Source: a virus
Taxonomy: Duplodnaviria > Heunggongvirae > Uroviricota > Caudoviricetes
Reading direction: 5' to 3' (one strand)
Virus record (IMG/VR): IMGVR_UViG_3300029522_000074
Length of the DNA stretch: 64,000 nucleotides
Part shown: piece after piece, positions 9,635 through 20,513 of the stretch
Layout of the letters: the number at the start of each line of letters is the position of its first letter
Position numbering within the stretch: position 1 is the first letter of the stretch
The notes under the pieces: model-generated
What the model was told of the DNA's origin: nothing
The model's database searches: none
What the model saw: only the letters and a program-made list of their open reading frames with translations
Program-made: the position numbers and the translations under genes

Positions 9635-10372
9635 CTAATTGCAATATTTCTCAATACCTTGTTTCATAATATCTCTTAATTCATCTTCCTCATATGTAGT
9701 ACCAAACTGCGACCAACTACAACTATGTTCTGTATCATTGTGTACTAATGCAAGTTTAAATACACTGCCACCATAATTCCTATATGTATCTAATTTGATA
9801 GCGTTGATATGAGGAATTTCTAAATACCAATTATGCTCTTTGTATTCAAAGTAAATATTAGTAGCTTGACCAAAATTAAAGTCAATGAATTTAACATCAT
9901 TCATATACTCAATATCAAGAAGCTTTTTAATATAATTAACATACCAATCATATGTTTCCTTTTCTTTATATTTCTTTCTTTTATCAAGCTTGTTGCCATC
10001 AGTATCCTGATTTTTTGATAACATATTTAGCCATTCTCTACACATTTTAATTGTGGACGGCTGATCAAGCAGCATATACTGGATGTTCTCTTTATAAGTG
10101 CGAAATGCCTGTTGTTCAATAAGATCACATTCATTCTTCATATCATCCAATGCCTGCTTCTTTGCAGACAATCTTCTTTCTGCTTGTGCAAATTTATTTA
10201 ATGAACTCATTTCGTATTCACCATCATAGTTGTATGTCCCATTTTTATATGTTAAAGACATTAATCGTTCACCTCTTTTATCTTTCCTAATTATAAAAAT
10301 CATTGATTTTATTCTTGCTTTAATATTCTCTACTCGATGGTCAATTTCATGTTGCTTCCATGATTTCTCCAA
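9635..10372 (-). CDS. hypothetical protein
   Basis: 245 aa ORF; a better RBS (AAGAGGTGA) precedes an internal Met at about 10261. Confidence 0.4.
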   Translation of the reverse strand: MEKSWKQHEIDHRVENIKARIKSMIFIIRKDKRGERLMSLTYKNGTYNYDGEYEMSSLNKFAQAERRLSAKKQALDDMKNECDLIEQQAFRTYKENIQYMLLDQPSTIKMCREWLNMLSKNQDTDGNKLDKRKKYKEKETYDWYVNYIKKLLDIEYMNDVKFIDFNFGQATNIYFEYKEHNWYLEIPHINAIKLDTYRNYGGSVFKLALVHNDTEHSCSWSQFGTTYEEDELRDIMKQGIEKYCN

Positions 10373-10965
10373 TTACCTTCTTGCTTTTCCTCTTTGATTA
10401 GTGGAAACTTCAAATCAACCTTTCTAACAATATCTGTCAACTTTTTATTGCCTTTTAAAACTGAAATAGAATGGCTTCTTCGATATGTATTAATTTTCAA
10501 AGCTCTTTCTAAAATTTTTTCATCTGATTCATAATCACTATTATATACATAAGCAAAACAGTACCCTTCTTTTATATTAGTATTACCATAATTAAAATCT
10601 TCGAAAATTACTTTTTTCTTACCAAGATATAAATACATTTCCCCTTGAGTTGATTTGTAAATTCCACCCACTTCTAATTTACTTAACGGAATTGTTTTTA
10701 AATTTGCTTTTCGCTCTCGATCTTCTACTTCTTTCTGAAGGAGTATATTTATTTTATCTCTAATTTCCAACTCCTTTTTCGTTGGATTTTCGATCAGATA
10801 TGTATTGCTTGTACAACTTTTATTAATATATTCTTCGCTATATCCTAAATAAACAACTGAGCTACCTTGAAAAACTCCAATATGCATTCCTGGTGAATTT
10901 CTACCTATTGCCATTCCAATACACATATCACCATCTTTAATCTCTCTACCTAAAATGTCTTTCAA
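10330..10965 (-). CDS. hypothetical protein
   Basis: 211 aa ORF. Confidence 0.4.
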   Translation of the reverse strand: MKDILGREIKDGDMCIGMAIGRNSPGMHIGVFQGSSVVYLGYSEEYINKSCTSNTYLIENPTKKELEIRDKINILLQKEVEDRERKANLKTIPLSKLEVGGIYKSTQGEMYLYLGKKKVIFEDFNYGNTNIKEGYCFAYVYNSDYESDEKILERALKINTYRRSHSISVLKGNKKLTDIVRKVDLKFPLIKEEKQEGNWRNHGSNMKLTIE

Positions 10966-11298
10966 ATTTTCACCTCCATATTATAACCAAAAAACCTGAA
11001 TTTACTTGCCTCTACTTTCTATTAATCCATTCCTTAAACTCGTTAAAATCATCTTTTGTAAGCACAATATCAGAATAATAAAAATCCTTATTCCTAATAA
11101 TCGCCCAAATTTTCTTCAACTTTTCAAAGAATGATCTTTGCTGAGTATAAAAATTGCCATTCGTATAGGTCAAAAAAGCGTAATCTCCATCTTCATAATC
11201 GGCGATTTTAAAATGGATACCCTCATCACAACCGCATTTACAGCTTACGATTAATTCATCATCTTTAAAATTTTTAAATACTGCCATAACAATCTCCT

Positions 11299-11691
11299 TT
11301 ACTTACAATTCCCAAGTCCAACTTTGTAATCACCCTTGACATCAATACTTACTTCTCTCTGAAATTTTCCTTCTTTGTCATACAAAGATAAGTAATATCT
11401 ATTACCACGTTGTTCTAATACGACATCTTCATTCTCGAATAACTGTACTCGCTTCTGTTTCTGTACTGATTTATTCTCTACTTTTAAGTTATTCATTTCT
11501 TCCTTTGAATCGACAAAGATTGGTGATTTTAATTCTTCAAGGATACACCTAATATCATCATCAAGATTGCCATATCTGCTTGTGTGCCTATCAACTGCTT
11601 TAATAACATCATTCTCAAGTAATAATCTGTTTCCCATTTTAATATTCTCCTTTCCACTCTCCCAACTCATAAAAATCATTAATCTGGTCAT
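11299..11691 (-). CDS. hypothetical protein
   Basis: 130 aa ORF; likely true start at internal Met near 11637. Confidence 0.35.
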   Translation of the reverse strand: MTRLMIFMSWESGKENIKMGNRLLLENDVIKAVDRHTSRYGNLDDDIRCILEELKSPIFVDSKEEMNNLKVENKSVQKQKRVQLFENEDVVLEQRGNRYYLSLYDKEGKFQREVSIDVKGDYKVGLGNCK

Positions 11692-12178
11692 CTAATTTTC
11701 TAACTTGCTTTCTTAAATCATACTCTTCTTTCTTACTATCTGTTCTCTGACACTTCTTCCGTAATTCATCACGCTGCTTAGTCAGTTCATCATACTTTTC
11801 AGATACATCAATCTCATCCAAGACTTCAATCTCAATCTTCTCACCACAATGAGGACAAAACTGAATTGGATAATTGTCTGTCTGTACCCATTCGTCTTCA
11901 TATGATGTAATAACTTCTGTATATGAAGTACAGAATCTCGGAATATATCTTTCATCATCCCGACAATCATCACTATAAATTAAATCTTCATCTGTGAAAA
12001 TGATGGCTTTATCATTCTGTATTTCATCACAACAATGCGTAAATGGCTTGTACTTGTATGAATGTGCATCATTGAATTTTAACTTGATTAGCTCTATCTT
12101 CATATTTATTCTCCTAGCTAAATTTCCACCAAAAATCATAAATTTTATGAATATGTTGATAACCTTTGTGTAATTCAC
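11639..12178 (-). CDS. hypothetical zinc-ribbon protein
   Basis: 179 aa listed; RBS AGGAGA precedes internal Met at 12103, the likely true start; CxxC pairs present. Confidence 0.4.
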   Translation of the reverse strand: MNYTKVINIFIKFMIFGGNLARRINMKIELIKLKFNDAHSYKYKPFTHCCDEIQNDKAIIFTDEDLIYSDDCRDDERYIPRFCTSYTEVITSYEDEWVQTDNYPIQFCPHCGEKIEIEVLDEIDVSEKYDELTKQRDELRKKCQRTDSKKEEYDLRKQVRKLDDQINDFYELGEWKGEY

Positions 12179-12590
12179 CCTTATATCTGCGAATCGCTTT
12201 ATTGGACTGTCGCTTCAAATAACTGCTTCTTTTACCTCTATACCATCTTTTATAATATGGTTTTGGATTTTCAACATATCCCAAACCTTTAATCAATATC
12301 TTATCTTTATATGTTACAGCATAAGGATATCTACACGACACTCTTTCTAAATATTTGAGATGATTTTGATGCCTTAAATATCTCTCACGCTTATTCATTC
12401 TCTTTTTCTTGGAATGATTCTTATGCTTTTCTTCATCGTGTTCATACCAATCACTACAATGATCAAAAGAATAAACCTTGCCACCAACTTTATCGCACCA
12501 AACACAGTTCTCAATATCTTCTTCGTCAATGTATGATTTATATTTTTCAAAGTCTTCATATCCATAAAGGCAATCTTTACATTTCATCAA
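12114..12590 (-). CDS. hypothetical basic Cys-containing protein
   Basis: 158 aa, Lys/Arg-rich C-terminal half. Confidence 0.4.
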   Translation of the reverse strand: MMKCKDCLYGYEDFEKYKSYIDEEDIENCVWCDKVGGKVYSFDHCSDWYEHDEEKHKNHSKKKRMNKRERYLRHQNHLKYLERVSCRYPYAVTYKDKILIKGLGYVENPKPYYKRWYRGKRSSYLKRQSNKAIRRYKGELHKGYQHIHKIYDFWWKFS

Positions 12591-12605
12591 ATCACCTCTT
12601 TTATT

Positions 12606-12803
12606 TTATTCTCCTAATTTCCTTCCACACCAAGGACAATACGAAATATATTCTTTCTGATGAACAAATCCATCGTCATATTCATCCCATTCAGAAGTTT
12701 CAATATCCAAATAATATTCATTTGTCAGTGGATCAACATATATCTGATTGTCAGGTGAATCATAATTACAACGGTTACACATACACTTACCTCGCTCTAT
12801 CAC
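12606..12803 (-). CDS. small zinc-ribbon protein
   Basis: CxxC...CPWCG motifs; 65 aa. Confidence 0.35.
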   Translation of the reverse strand: MIERGKCMCNRCNYDSPDNQIYVDPLTNEYYLDIETSEWDEYDDGFVHQKEYISYCPWCGRKLGE

Positions 12804-13671
12804 ATTCGTTAAAATCTAAAAGCATCTTATATTTATATTCTCCAAATCTTTCTTTCCAACGCTGCTTTGCTTTATCAGTATCCCAACTAAAAGGCATCAT
12901 ATGGTAATTGATGAGGAAACATGTATCTAAAACAACATCAGAATTAACATGATACATAGCTGTCATGTATTGATATGAACCGTAACAATGATGCTGATAA
13001 TAATGAGCTATCCCATCTTCATCAAATGTTTGTGTACTCAATTTGCCTAAATCGTGATACAAAGCACCTATTCTGAATCTTGCAGGATAAGCATATTTTG
13101 TGGAAAATAATCTTGATGCATATTTGCAGTGTTCAAATAAATTCATTGTATGATGCGGACTTTTCTGATCAAATCCTCTCATATCTGGAATATCATTTGG
13201 TTCGTAATCATTTAATAAATTATGAATAATAATCTCATCGAATCCTTCCTCGTAGAACGGAATCTGAAATTTTCTAATCTGCTTATCCAACACAAAGTCA
13301 GGTACAGGATGTTCTCTATGTAGATTATCTTTTTTGCACTGTTCAAATGGCTTTGGAATAATTACACATACTTTTCTGACATTTAAACCATTTACTTTCA
13401 TCATAATTGCTCTGCGAGATTTCATAGTCAGATTAGTCGCATCTGCGATTACATTCTTTTTATTCTCCAAATTCTTACGGATTCTATCATGAAAAATTTT
13501 GAATACTTCTTCATTATGTTCTTGATTTTCGTAATTACCAGTCAATTCCTCACGAATTGCATCGGATGATACGATTATTGTATTTGGATTCTCATTGGCA
13601 ATCTGAGTGGCAATGGTTGACTTGCCACTACCACTCAAACCACACATAATATACAATGTAGGTTTATTCAT
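12787..13671 (-). CDS. P-loop kinase fused to HD phosphohydrolase (polynucleotide kinase-phosphatase-like RNA repair enzyme)
   Basis: N-terminal Walker A GLSGSGKST typical of PNK-type kinases; C-terminal HD signature ALYHDLGK...HYYQHH...D; 8-nt overlap with the upstream RNA ligase gene. Confidence 0.6.
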   Translation of the reverse strand: MNKPTLYIMCGLSGSGKSTIATQIANENPNTIIVSSDAIREELTGNYENQEHNEEVFKIFHDRIRKNLENKKNVIADATNLTMKSRRAIMMKVNGLNVRKVCVIIPKPFEQCKKDNLHREHPVPDFVLDKQIRKFQIPFYEEGFDEIIIHNLLNDYEPNDIPDMRGFDQKSPHHTMNLFEHCKYASRLFSTKYAYPARFRIGALYHDLGKLSTQTFDEDGIAHYYQHHCYGSYQYMTAMYHVNSDVVLDTCFLINYHMMPFSWDTDKAKQRWKERFGEYKYKMLLDFNECDRAR

Positions 13672-14983
13672 TTAAAGTCTCCTCGAATAACTCTTCAGCT
13701 TCTTCCATATCAGGCACATCAGATGTATCTTTAGCAATCCCCTCAATTACCTTAAATTCAAACACCTTATCCTTATAAGCTGTGAATGTTGCTCTATTAT
13801 CAATACGAACAACTACACCTTCAGCAACATGTGTCTTACCGATTTCATCTGCTGGCATACCATCAAGATATTTATTTACTCTTTCTTTCAAATCTTCTGG
13901 TGTAGTAAAAATAAACTTCTCTAAATCAGGTACATGCTTAACGCCCAACTTGTCACACCATACTTCTACAGTTTCCCAAGGCACTTCAACAACTGTTCCG
14001 TCTGCTGTTGTCATTGTCATTCGATATACATACATCTCATTTTCGCCTTGTTCACAGCCATATGAGAATGTTGTGGTGTCACCAAATTTCTTAGTAAATT
14101 CTTTTTCCTTAACTCCCTTATTAGATACTGAACCCATAATTGGTGTTGTTTCATTTACATATCCGACAATTTCATAGAAAATTTCAGCACCTTCAGGAAG
14201 CTTGTCTTTTAATAAATCGTGGTACTTCTTTCTAAATCCATTATCAGAATAATATCCATCATTCTTTGTCATATCCTTTAACACAACTCTTCTGCTACCA
14301 GATACAACAGAAACTTCTCTTATAACCTTTGGTTTCATATGTAAAAACTTTCTCAGCTTACTATTCTTCTTTGTAACCTTAACAGTCTTCATAGTACGAG
14401 CCGATGTTCCGTGGAGCTTACGAGTAATATAAATTGTATCTCCTGGCTTAAATGCTGATATATTATATGCAAGCTGTGCAGTATCTTTATGCTCCTCAAA
14501 AAATGGATATGATACTGTTTCTTTCTGAAACTTATTTTTCTTCTTTAAATTATTTCCATTACCTCTTGAACGATTTTTTCCTCTTGGAATATATTTTTGA
14601 CAAATCTCATGACCACCAAGAACTGTAATCTGATCGCCATCTTTTAATTTTGAAATATCTGTATACTTAGAAAGTGTTTCAACAGGTAATACAAGTCCTT
14701 CTGACTTCTCACCTCTAAGTCTAATAGCGGTTACATTTCTCTTCTCAGCATCCATATAACCACCAATGTTGTTTCCATTCTTATCTTTCTTTCTGACAAG
14801 GTTATTATCTGCTGCATACTCAAGTGATAACTGACCGTCAGATGGGAAGAATACTACTTTCTGTCCTTCCTGATAATTCAAATCTACAATTACATTCTGT
14901 CCAAATACCTCTACACACTGTAACCTATCAGCGTTACTATGTTTTCTTAATCCTTTTAATGTTGTGATATAAGCACAATACAT
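13664..14983 (-). CDS. ATP-dependent RNA ligase-like protein (N-terminal OB-like domain plus nucleotidyltransferase)
   Basis: Candidate motif I lysine in ITRKLHGTSA; 439 aa; co-transcribed with the kinase/HD gene as in phage tRNA-repair modules. Confidence 0.5.
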   Translation of the reverse strand: MYCAYITTLKGLRKHSNADRLQCVEVFGQNVIVDLNYQEGQKVVFFPSDGQLSLEYAADNNLVRKKDKNGNNIGGYMDAEKRNVTAIRLRGEKSEGLVLPVETLSKYTDISKLKDGDQITVLGGHEICQKYIPRGKNRSRGNGNNLKKKNKFQKETVSYPFFEEHKDTAQLAYNISAFKPGDTIYITRKLHGTSARTMKTVKVTKKNSKLRKFLHMKPKVIREVSVVSGSRRVVLKDMTKNDGYYSDNGFRKKYHDLLKDKLPEGAEIFYEIVGYVNETTPIMGSVSNKGVKEKEFTKKFGDTTTFSYGCEQGENEMYVYRMTMTTADGTVVEVPWETVEVWCDKLGVKHVPDLEKFIFTTPEDLKERVNKYLDGMPADEIGKTHVAEGVVVRIDNRATFTAYKDKVFEFKVIEGIAKDTSDVPDMEEAEELFEETLNE

Positions 14984-15053
14984 AAGTTCCTCTTACCTTA
15001 GTAAGTAGTGCGCACTTTATCCTATAGGAACTTTTCTATTTTCCCTTTCTTCT

Positions 15054-15710
15054 TTAATCTTCTAATTTGTTACCTTTTGCTTCATTACAAAGCTTACACA
15101 TTGTTTGATAGTTACTAATATCATCAATACCACCTTTTGAGCGTGGCATAATATGATCTTTTGTCATTAAAATTTCATCACCATTATCATCAACTGCATA
15201 CAAATTTAGATGATAACTTTTATCCTGTAAATGTCTTTCTTTTGCAAAATATTTTCCTTCAATTCCACAAACTACGCATTTACAACCTTTAGTAAAAAAT
15301 GTTTGGTATCTTTGGCTATTGCCCTTAATCAAATCTCCATCAAAATCAACTTTTGCAAGTTTTTTATCTTTCTCAAATAAAACATCCTTTACTTTATCTC
15401 TGACTTCTTCTATTGAATAGATTTCTTTCCTAAGTAATTTTGTAGGATTAAAATCTTTTAAAAGCGTTTTTACTTCACCTAATTTAAAACATTTTTCAAA
15501 TAGCGGTTGCTTGTGCCAAGTTACGGATAATAATTCCGTATCGTTTGTAGGTGACATTGGATTATTATTCTTAGGGAAATCGGTTTCTAAAAAATCCCGT
15601 ATTGTCTCAAACCTCAAAGACAATACCTTATCATCGACTTTGTATTGGATTTTAAATTTTTTATCTTTTCTTCGCATAAAACATATCTCCTTATAATTTA
15701 ATGTCGTCAC
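15054..15710 (-). CDS. HNH endonuclease
   Basis: C-terminal DHIMPRSKGGIDDISNYQTMCKLCNEAKGNK HNH motif. Confidence 0.7.
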   Translation of the reverse strand: MTTLNYKEICFMRRKDKKFKIQYKVDDKVLSLRFETIRDFLETDFPKNNNPMSPTNDTELLSVTWHKQPLFEKCFKLGEVKTLLKDFNPTKLLRKEIYSIEEVRDKVKDVLFEKDKKLAKVDFDGDLIKGNSQRYQTFFTKGCKCVVCGIEGKYFAKERHLQDKSYHLNLYAVDDNGDEILMTKDHIMPRSKGGIDDISNYQTMCKLCNEAKGNKLED

Positions 15711-15762
15711 CTATGTATTCTCTCTTATTTTTCCAAAACTCCAAAGAAAATGCTTCTTTCCT

Positions 15763-16113
15763 CTAACCATGAATATTCATATAAGGATATTTAACTCCCT
15801 TATATTCCTTATAACCCTTTGTTAATAATCTAAAATTCACATTCTGTTTATAATATCCTTTGTATTTCTTTACTAAAAACAAATGAGTACACCCACATTG
15901 AACACAAAATTTGCTATTTCGTTTGGCTTCATTTTTTGAATAATAATATCCTTGAATTCCACTACAACAAGGGCAGGTTGATACCCATACTTCTCTTGTT
16001 AAGTTGTGTATTTCTTCAAATGGAATTTCATGAAATATTAGACCTTCAGGAGTTACAAGATAATATTTCTTTTCACTAACATCTATACTTTCTGACTCAA
16101 CTTGACTAATCAT
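15763..16113 (-). CDS. hypothetical Cys-rich protein
   Basis: 116 aa with several CxxC pairs. Confidence 0.4.
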   Translation of the reverse strand: MISQVESESIDVSEKKYYLVTPEGLIFHEIPFEEIHNLTREVWVSTCPCCSGIQGYYYSKNEAKRNSKFCVQCGCTHLFLVKKYKGYYKQNVNFRLLTKGYKEYKGVKYPYMNIHG

Positions 16114-16396
16114 TTATTCTCCCATCTGATCTACAATGCTTTGTAACTTATCAACATATATCTGAGCATCCTTTTTATGTCTAAGCTGCTTAATATCAGC
16201 AGGTACAAAAGTCAATATTGCTTCACCAAAAACTTTATTGTCAGCGTATAAATTCATAAACTGACACATAGTCTCGACATCAATCCAATTTAAATCTGGC
16301 TGAAAACAAATCACATCACCCTTCTGTGGATGCAGTTTTCTAACCTTAATAAGTGTCTGTTTAAATAATTTCTTTCTCTGTCTCTTGTTCATATTG

Positions 16397-16792
16397 TTAT
16401 TCTCCAATTTCTATATATTCCAATATCCAACTGTCGTATTTATTTTCTTTGATCAACTGCTGATATAAATTTATCCATCCTTGTGCTGAAAGACCTTCGT
16501 ACTTCCAAACGCATTCTTTCCAATGTCTGTGTACAAAATGACCTCTTGTTTTTAACTCAATGCATTTCACACATTTATCGTATAATTTCTTGGAATACCA
16601 ATTCGATCTACTTCTATTCCAGCCCTCTATAAATGCTTCAGTCGGATCATACCTACTTCTCATATCAGTAAGAGTTCTGTCATACAACTCAGTCTTTGCA
16701 TTGTATAAACAATGAAGCAGAAAGTAGATGTCTTCATAATTATTTTCAAACTCCCATTCTCCAATATTTAAATCAAAATACATTATTCTCAC
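16397..16792 (-). CDS. hypothetical protein
   Basis: 131 aa ORF. Confidence 0.4.
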   Translation of the reverse strand: MRIMYFDLNIGEWEFENNYEDIYFLLHCLYNAKTELYDRTLTDMRSRYDPTEAFIEGWNRSRSNWYSKKLYDKCVKCIELKTRGHFVHRHWKECVWKYEGLSAQGWINLYQQLIKENKYDSWILEYIEIGE

Positions 16793-16856
16793 CTACTTTC
16801 ACAACCATAAGAAACGTGGTTTTCAATGGATTTTTTAACCTCTAAAAGCCTTGATT

Positions 16857-17174
16857 TTAGGGCATTTCAGAGATTGCTTTAAGTCGATAATAGAGATTAC
16901 TTACAAATCCTTCTATCTCATTATGAATATTTGCCGTATCATCTTTCATATACTCAACATATAAGTAAGATAATGTATCTTCTTTATCTAATAAGAACTC
17001 TTCAAATTTGTCTGATATAATATTCTCTGAAAAATAGTTAATAATTTCTTCTTTAATGCAATACTCATATGAATATTGTTTTAATAGTTTCTCACTTGAT
17101 AAGTCAGAATTGGTGACTAAATCACCAATCCAACTATTCATCTCTTCATTTAATCTTTGCGTTAGTTTATCCAT
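16857..17174 (-). CDS. hypothetical protein
   Basis: 105 aa ORF. Confidence 0.35.
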   Translation of the reverse strand: MDKLTQRLNEEMNSWIGDLVTNSDLSSEKLLKQYSYEYCIKEEIINYFSENIISDKFEEFLLDKEDTLSYLYVEYMKDDTANIHNEIEGFVSNLYYRLKAISEMP

Positions 17175-17782
17175 TTTAGTTTACTTTCACCTGTATAACC
17201 CTTTTCAAACTCGTACCACGCATAAGCGACCGCACTACCACCACCTGCTCTCATCTCATCAAAAAGAGCATTTTTTGCACATAAAATACGACTACTTGAA
17301 ACATAAACGCATTTTGGTGGATACTTCTTAAATAATTCCTTACGAGCTTTTCCTTCAAGGAACTGAACTTTAAGAAACATAAATACTCTGCAACCATCAG
17401 GAATTAATGTCATTGCATGTTCAATAAATTCTTTTGCATATTTGTATGGGGGATTTGTTAAGATATCGCCATTCCAAGGCTGATTATATGTAAGAAAATC
17501 AATTCCACCTTCGCCATAACCTCTATCAATTAGATCGGTGGAACGAACTTCATAACCGAAGCTCTTTAATCTTTCAGATAAATGTCCCTCGCCACAGGAA
17601 CATTCCCAGATAGGTTTGTCAAATGTGACATTACCATCTTTCAATAAAACATCAATTGCAATAGGATCTGTCGCATAATAATCTTCATTCTGTCTTTCCT
17701 TATCAGTATGATTACTTGCACCTAAAGTCTTAAAAATACTATTCTTATTGCCTGTCCAATCTTTTTCTGTATTATTACTCAA
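17162..17782 (-). CDS. DNA amino-methyltransferase (N6-adenine or N4-cytosine), NPPY motif
   Basis: GDILTNPPY catalytic motif IV; 206 aa. Confidence 0.65.
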   Translation of the reverse strand: MSNNTEKDWTGNKNSIFKTLGASNHTDKERQNEDYYATDPIAIDVLLKDGNVTFDKPIWECSCGEGHLSERLKSFGYEVRSTDLIDRGYGEGGIDFLTYNQPWNGDILTNPPYKYAKEFIEHAMTLIPDGCRVFMFLKVQFLEGKARKELFKKYPPKCVYVSSSRILCAKNALFDEMRAGGGSAVAYAWYEFEKGYTGESKLKWIN

Positions 17783-18350
17783 TTTTTGTTCACCATTAGT
17801 AGCTGCGCAGCTTTACTCACATGTGAACGTTTTTCCTTTCCTTAATTGTAATTACGTTATTATATTCTCTGTTATTTCTTTCTTATGTCCCATAAATAAG
17901 GGCTACTACATCCACAATTATGAATACCATCACCCAATACACATCTTCTACAGTCTTCATATTCTGCATGAGTTTTACAATATTCTTTTACAGTATTAAT
18001 AGCTTTTATGATATTTTCATCGACTGATTCTGGTGGAATATATTCTCTTAGTTCTACTCTCAAGTTTTCACCTCGCTACCTTCAAATGAAAGGTTTCTTT
18101 CAATGTATTATTTGAACTCTATCTTGTTTCTTTTTAATACCTTAACTGCCTTGTCATAATCGGTTTCAGCTACTTTGATATTTTTCATCTTAGTAGGCTT
18201 TGGTTTTATCCAATGGCGACATTCTGTAATATCTTCGTCATACCACATCAAACCACCTTCGCAATATTTATGATACTGGCAGTCATTGTTACCACATCTA
18301 CTCATTTATGTATCCTCTTACTCTCTTGCTCCTTTCAATGTATTATTCTC

Positions 18351-18725
18351 TTAATAGATCTCTGTCCATTCACTAATTTCTACTTTATTATCAGGATATC
18401 CAGATAAGCTCCATTCATTGTTGTTATATACTACTTTCCACATAGCATTTTCTCCATGTGGATTACCTTTAATCTTGCCATAATATAATCCTGAACATGG
18501 TGGTAATTCTTCTTCTGTTTTTCTCCAAATTGGTTTCTCATATACTTTATTAATATCATCTACTGCTTTTGCCAAATTTGTCGTAATTGTATCGAAATAT
18601 CCTTTTTCTAAATCAATCATTTCAAGTATGTAAGTATGATCGATCTTAAAAGAAATCCCAAGCCCAATAAGTACTCCTATACAAATCCCTAATAATCCAA
18701 TTAATACTGTTAAATAAATATCCAT
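18351..18725 (-). CDS. membrane-anchored hypothetical protein
   Basis: N-terminal TM helix; 124 aa. Confidence 0.4.
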   Translation of the reverse strand: MDIYLTVLIGLLGICIGVLIGLGISFKIDHTYILEMIDLEKGYFDTITTNLAKAVDDINKVYEKPIWRKTEEELPPCSGLYYGKIKGNPHGENAMWKVVYNNNEWSLSGYPDNKVEISEWTEIY

Positions 18726-18775
18726 ATCTTACCTCACTTTCTTATCATCCGAAGGAAACTTCGGTTTACTGTGGT

Positions 18776-19102
18776 TTATTTTCCATCATACAATTTAACT
18801 GTTCCATCTGAATTGTAGATAGGAGTGATTGCCATTGAGTTGTTTCCATAAACACATAAATACATTACCTTTGTATTCTCGTCATAAGCAACTACACTTC
18901 CATCATTCTTATCATAAATTTCATGCATTTTTATATATTTGTTATTAACATTTGAAAAATTACTATCTCCATCTTTAATATAAGCTCCACATCCAGTCAA
19001 TCCAAAGCACAATGTTAATCCTAATACAACCACTAAAATTTTCTTCTTCATATGATTTATTCTCCTATCTACCATACATAATATATTCATCACCAAGTTC
19101 AA
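18776..19102 (-). CDS. putative lipoprotein
   Basis: Signal peptide KKKILVVVLGLTLCFGLTGCGAY with LTGC lipobox (start probably the internal Met). Confidence 0.45.
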   Translation of the reverse strand: MNLVMNILCMVDRRINHMKKKILVVVLGLTLCFGLTGCGAYIKDGDSNFSNVNNKYIKMHEIYDKNDGSVVAYDENTKVMYLCVYGNNSMAITPIYNSDGTVKLYDGK

Positions 19103-19478
19103 GATTCATTTTGTAATTTCCATTGTTATAAACCTGAACTCTCATATTGTAAAATTTACTATCCTGCTCATGAGAATTTGGATCATAAGGATAACTAAAA
19201 CCTGCTCTTGTTAGATGTCTAAGAACACGTCTCTCTGTTGTCGCACGACTACATCTTTCTTCAAAAGCTAATTGTCCATTGTCGAGATTTACCAAACTAC
19301 AATATGTTGATGTACTGTCACCACCATATTTGTTTTTATTATCTCTGAACGAAATCACTAAATAAACACCTATTACATTGTTATTTTCTTTCTGCACTAC
19401 GACTGCACCATTTGTTAATTTGATATTTCTGTCTAAGTCTACACAATCGCAAACTCCTTTAATACTAATATTCTGCAT
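19065..19478 (-). CDS. hypothetical protein
   Basis: 137 aa ORF. Confidence 0.4.
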   Translation of the reverse strand: MQNISIKGVCDCVDLDRNIKLTNGAVVVQKENNNVIGVYLVISFRDNKNKYGGDSTSTYCSLVNLDNGQLAFEERCSRATTERRVLRHLTRAGFSYPYDPNSHEQDSKFYNMRVQVYNNGNYKMNLELGDEYIMYGR

Positions 19479-19709
19479 TTATTTACACCTCTTGTTATAT
19501 TATTCTCTATTATTTCTGCCACCAATGTTTCTTTTTATTTTCTTTATAAACATTACAAACATTTGGATAATTACAACTTTTGGTTTCTTCATTGTAATAT
19601 TCGCAAAAATATCCATCTTCACAACCAATATCGCATTCCATTTCAGTATATATTCTCATAAAACCCTCCTAAACTCCTCAAGAAATCTATGTTTCTTGGT
19701 AAAAATATT

Positions 19710-19752
19710 ACTATATATAGTGTCTATATTTTGCACAGACACTATATATAGT
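19710..19752. promoter_or_regulatory. perfect 15-bp inverted repeat ACTATATATAGTGTC / GACACTATATATAGT with 13-nt spacer (paired ACTATATATAGT palindromes)
   Basis: Seen directly; on the minus strand the hairpin is followed by AATATTTTT, so it could also terminate the nadE-containing transcript. Confidence 0.5.
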
Positions 19753-19759
19753 ATTTCAT

Positions 19760-20497
19760 TTACGCCTGATACATAAAACTTGGCATTGGCTGTAATTTAA
19801 ACAGATTTTTCTCATGCATTGAATCAATCTTAGCTTTTACTTCCTCATTTGGCTCAATTCCATCTCTGATATATGCATCTAATTCAGCATAAGTAAATCC
19901 AAGGTTATCTTCATCAGTCTTTCCGCAAAGACCATCGGTAGGTGTCTTATCAACTAATTCTGACGGAAGCCCCAACTCACGACCAATAGCTTTAACCTCT
20001 GTTACTGTAAGCTGAGATAACGGACTGAAATCACCAGCAGCGTCACCATATTTCGTGGCGTAACCCACCCAATCTTCGGAAAGATTACACGTATTTGCAA
20101 CTCGACCATTTACTGTCTGTGATACTGCATAAAGCGTAGTCATACGAATACGAGCAGGAAGATTTGTTGTTGTCTGAATTGATAACTCTTCATCTAATGA
20201 TGTTTTAATTTCATATTCAGTAACATTCACAATTGTTCCGACTGGAATAATAGTACGTGGAATGTCTAAAAAACTGCAAAGTTTACGACTATATTCGATA
20301 TCTCTTTGTCTTCCCTGTGGCATCATCACACCAAAAACTCTATCCTTACCAAGAGCTTCTACACATAATGCAGCTACAACACTTGAATCCTTACCGCCAG
20401 AAATTCCCACTACTGCCATACAATCTTTACCATTCTGTTCAAACCAATTTCTGATCCACTCTACGATTTCATTTTTTACTTTCTTAGCATCAAACAT
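19760..20497 (-). CDS. nadE: NH3-dependent NAD+ synthetase
   Basis: PP-loop VVGISGGKDSSV, ARIRMTTLYAV, DFSPLSQLTVTEVKAIGRELGLP; 245 aa like Bacillus NadE. Confidence 0.85.
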   Translation of the reverse strand: MFDAKKVKNEIVEWIRNWFEQNGKDCMAVVGISGGKDSSVVAALCVEALGKDRVFGVMMPQGRQRDIEYSRKLCSFLDIPRTIIPVGTIVNVTEYEIKTSLDEELSIQTTTNLPARIRMTTLYAVSQTVNGRVANTCNLSEDWVGYATKYGDAAGDFSPLSQLTVTEVKAIGRELGLPSELVDKTPTDGLCGKTDEDNLGFTYAELDAYIRDGIEPNEEVKAKIDSMHEKNLFKLQPMPSFMYQA

Positions 20498-20513
20498 TTA
20501 TATATTCTCCTTC

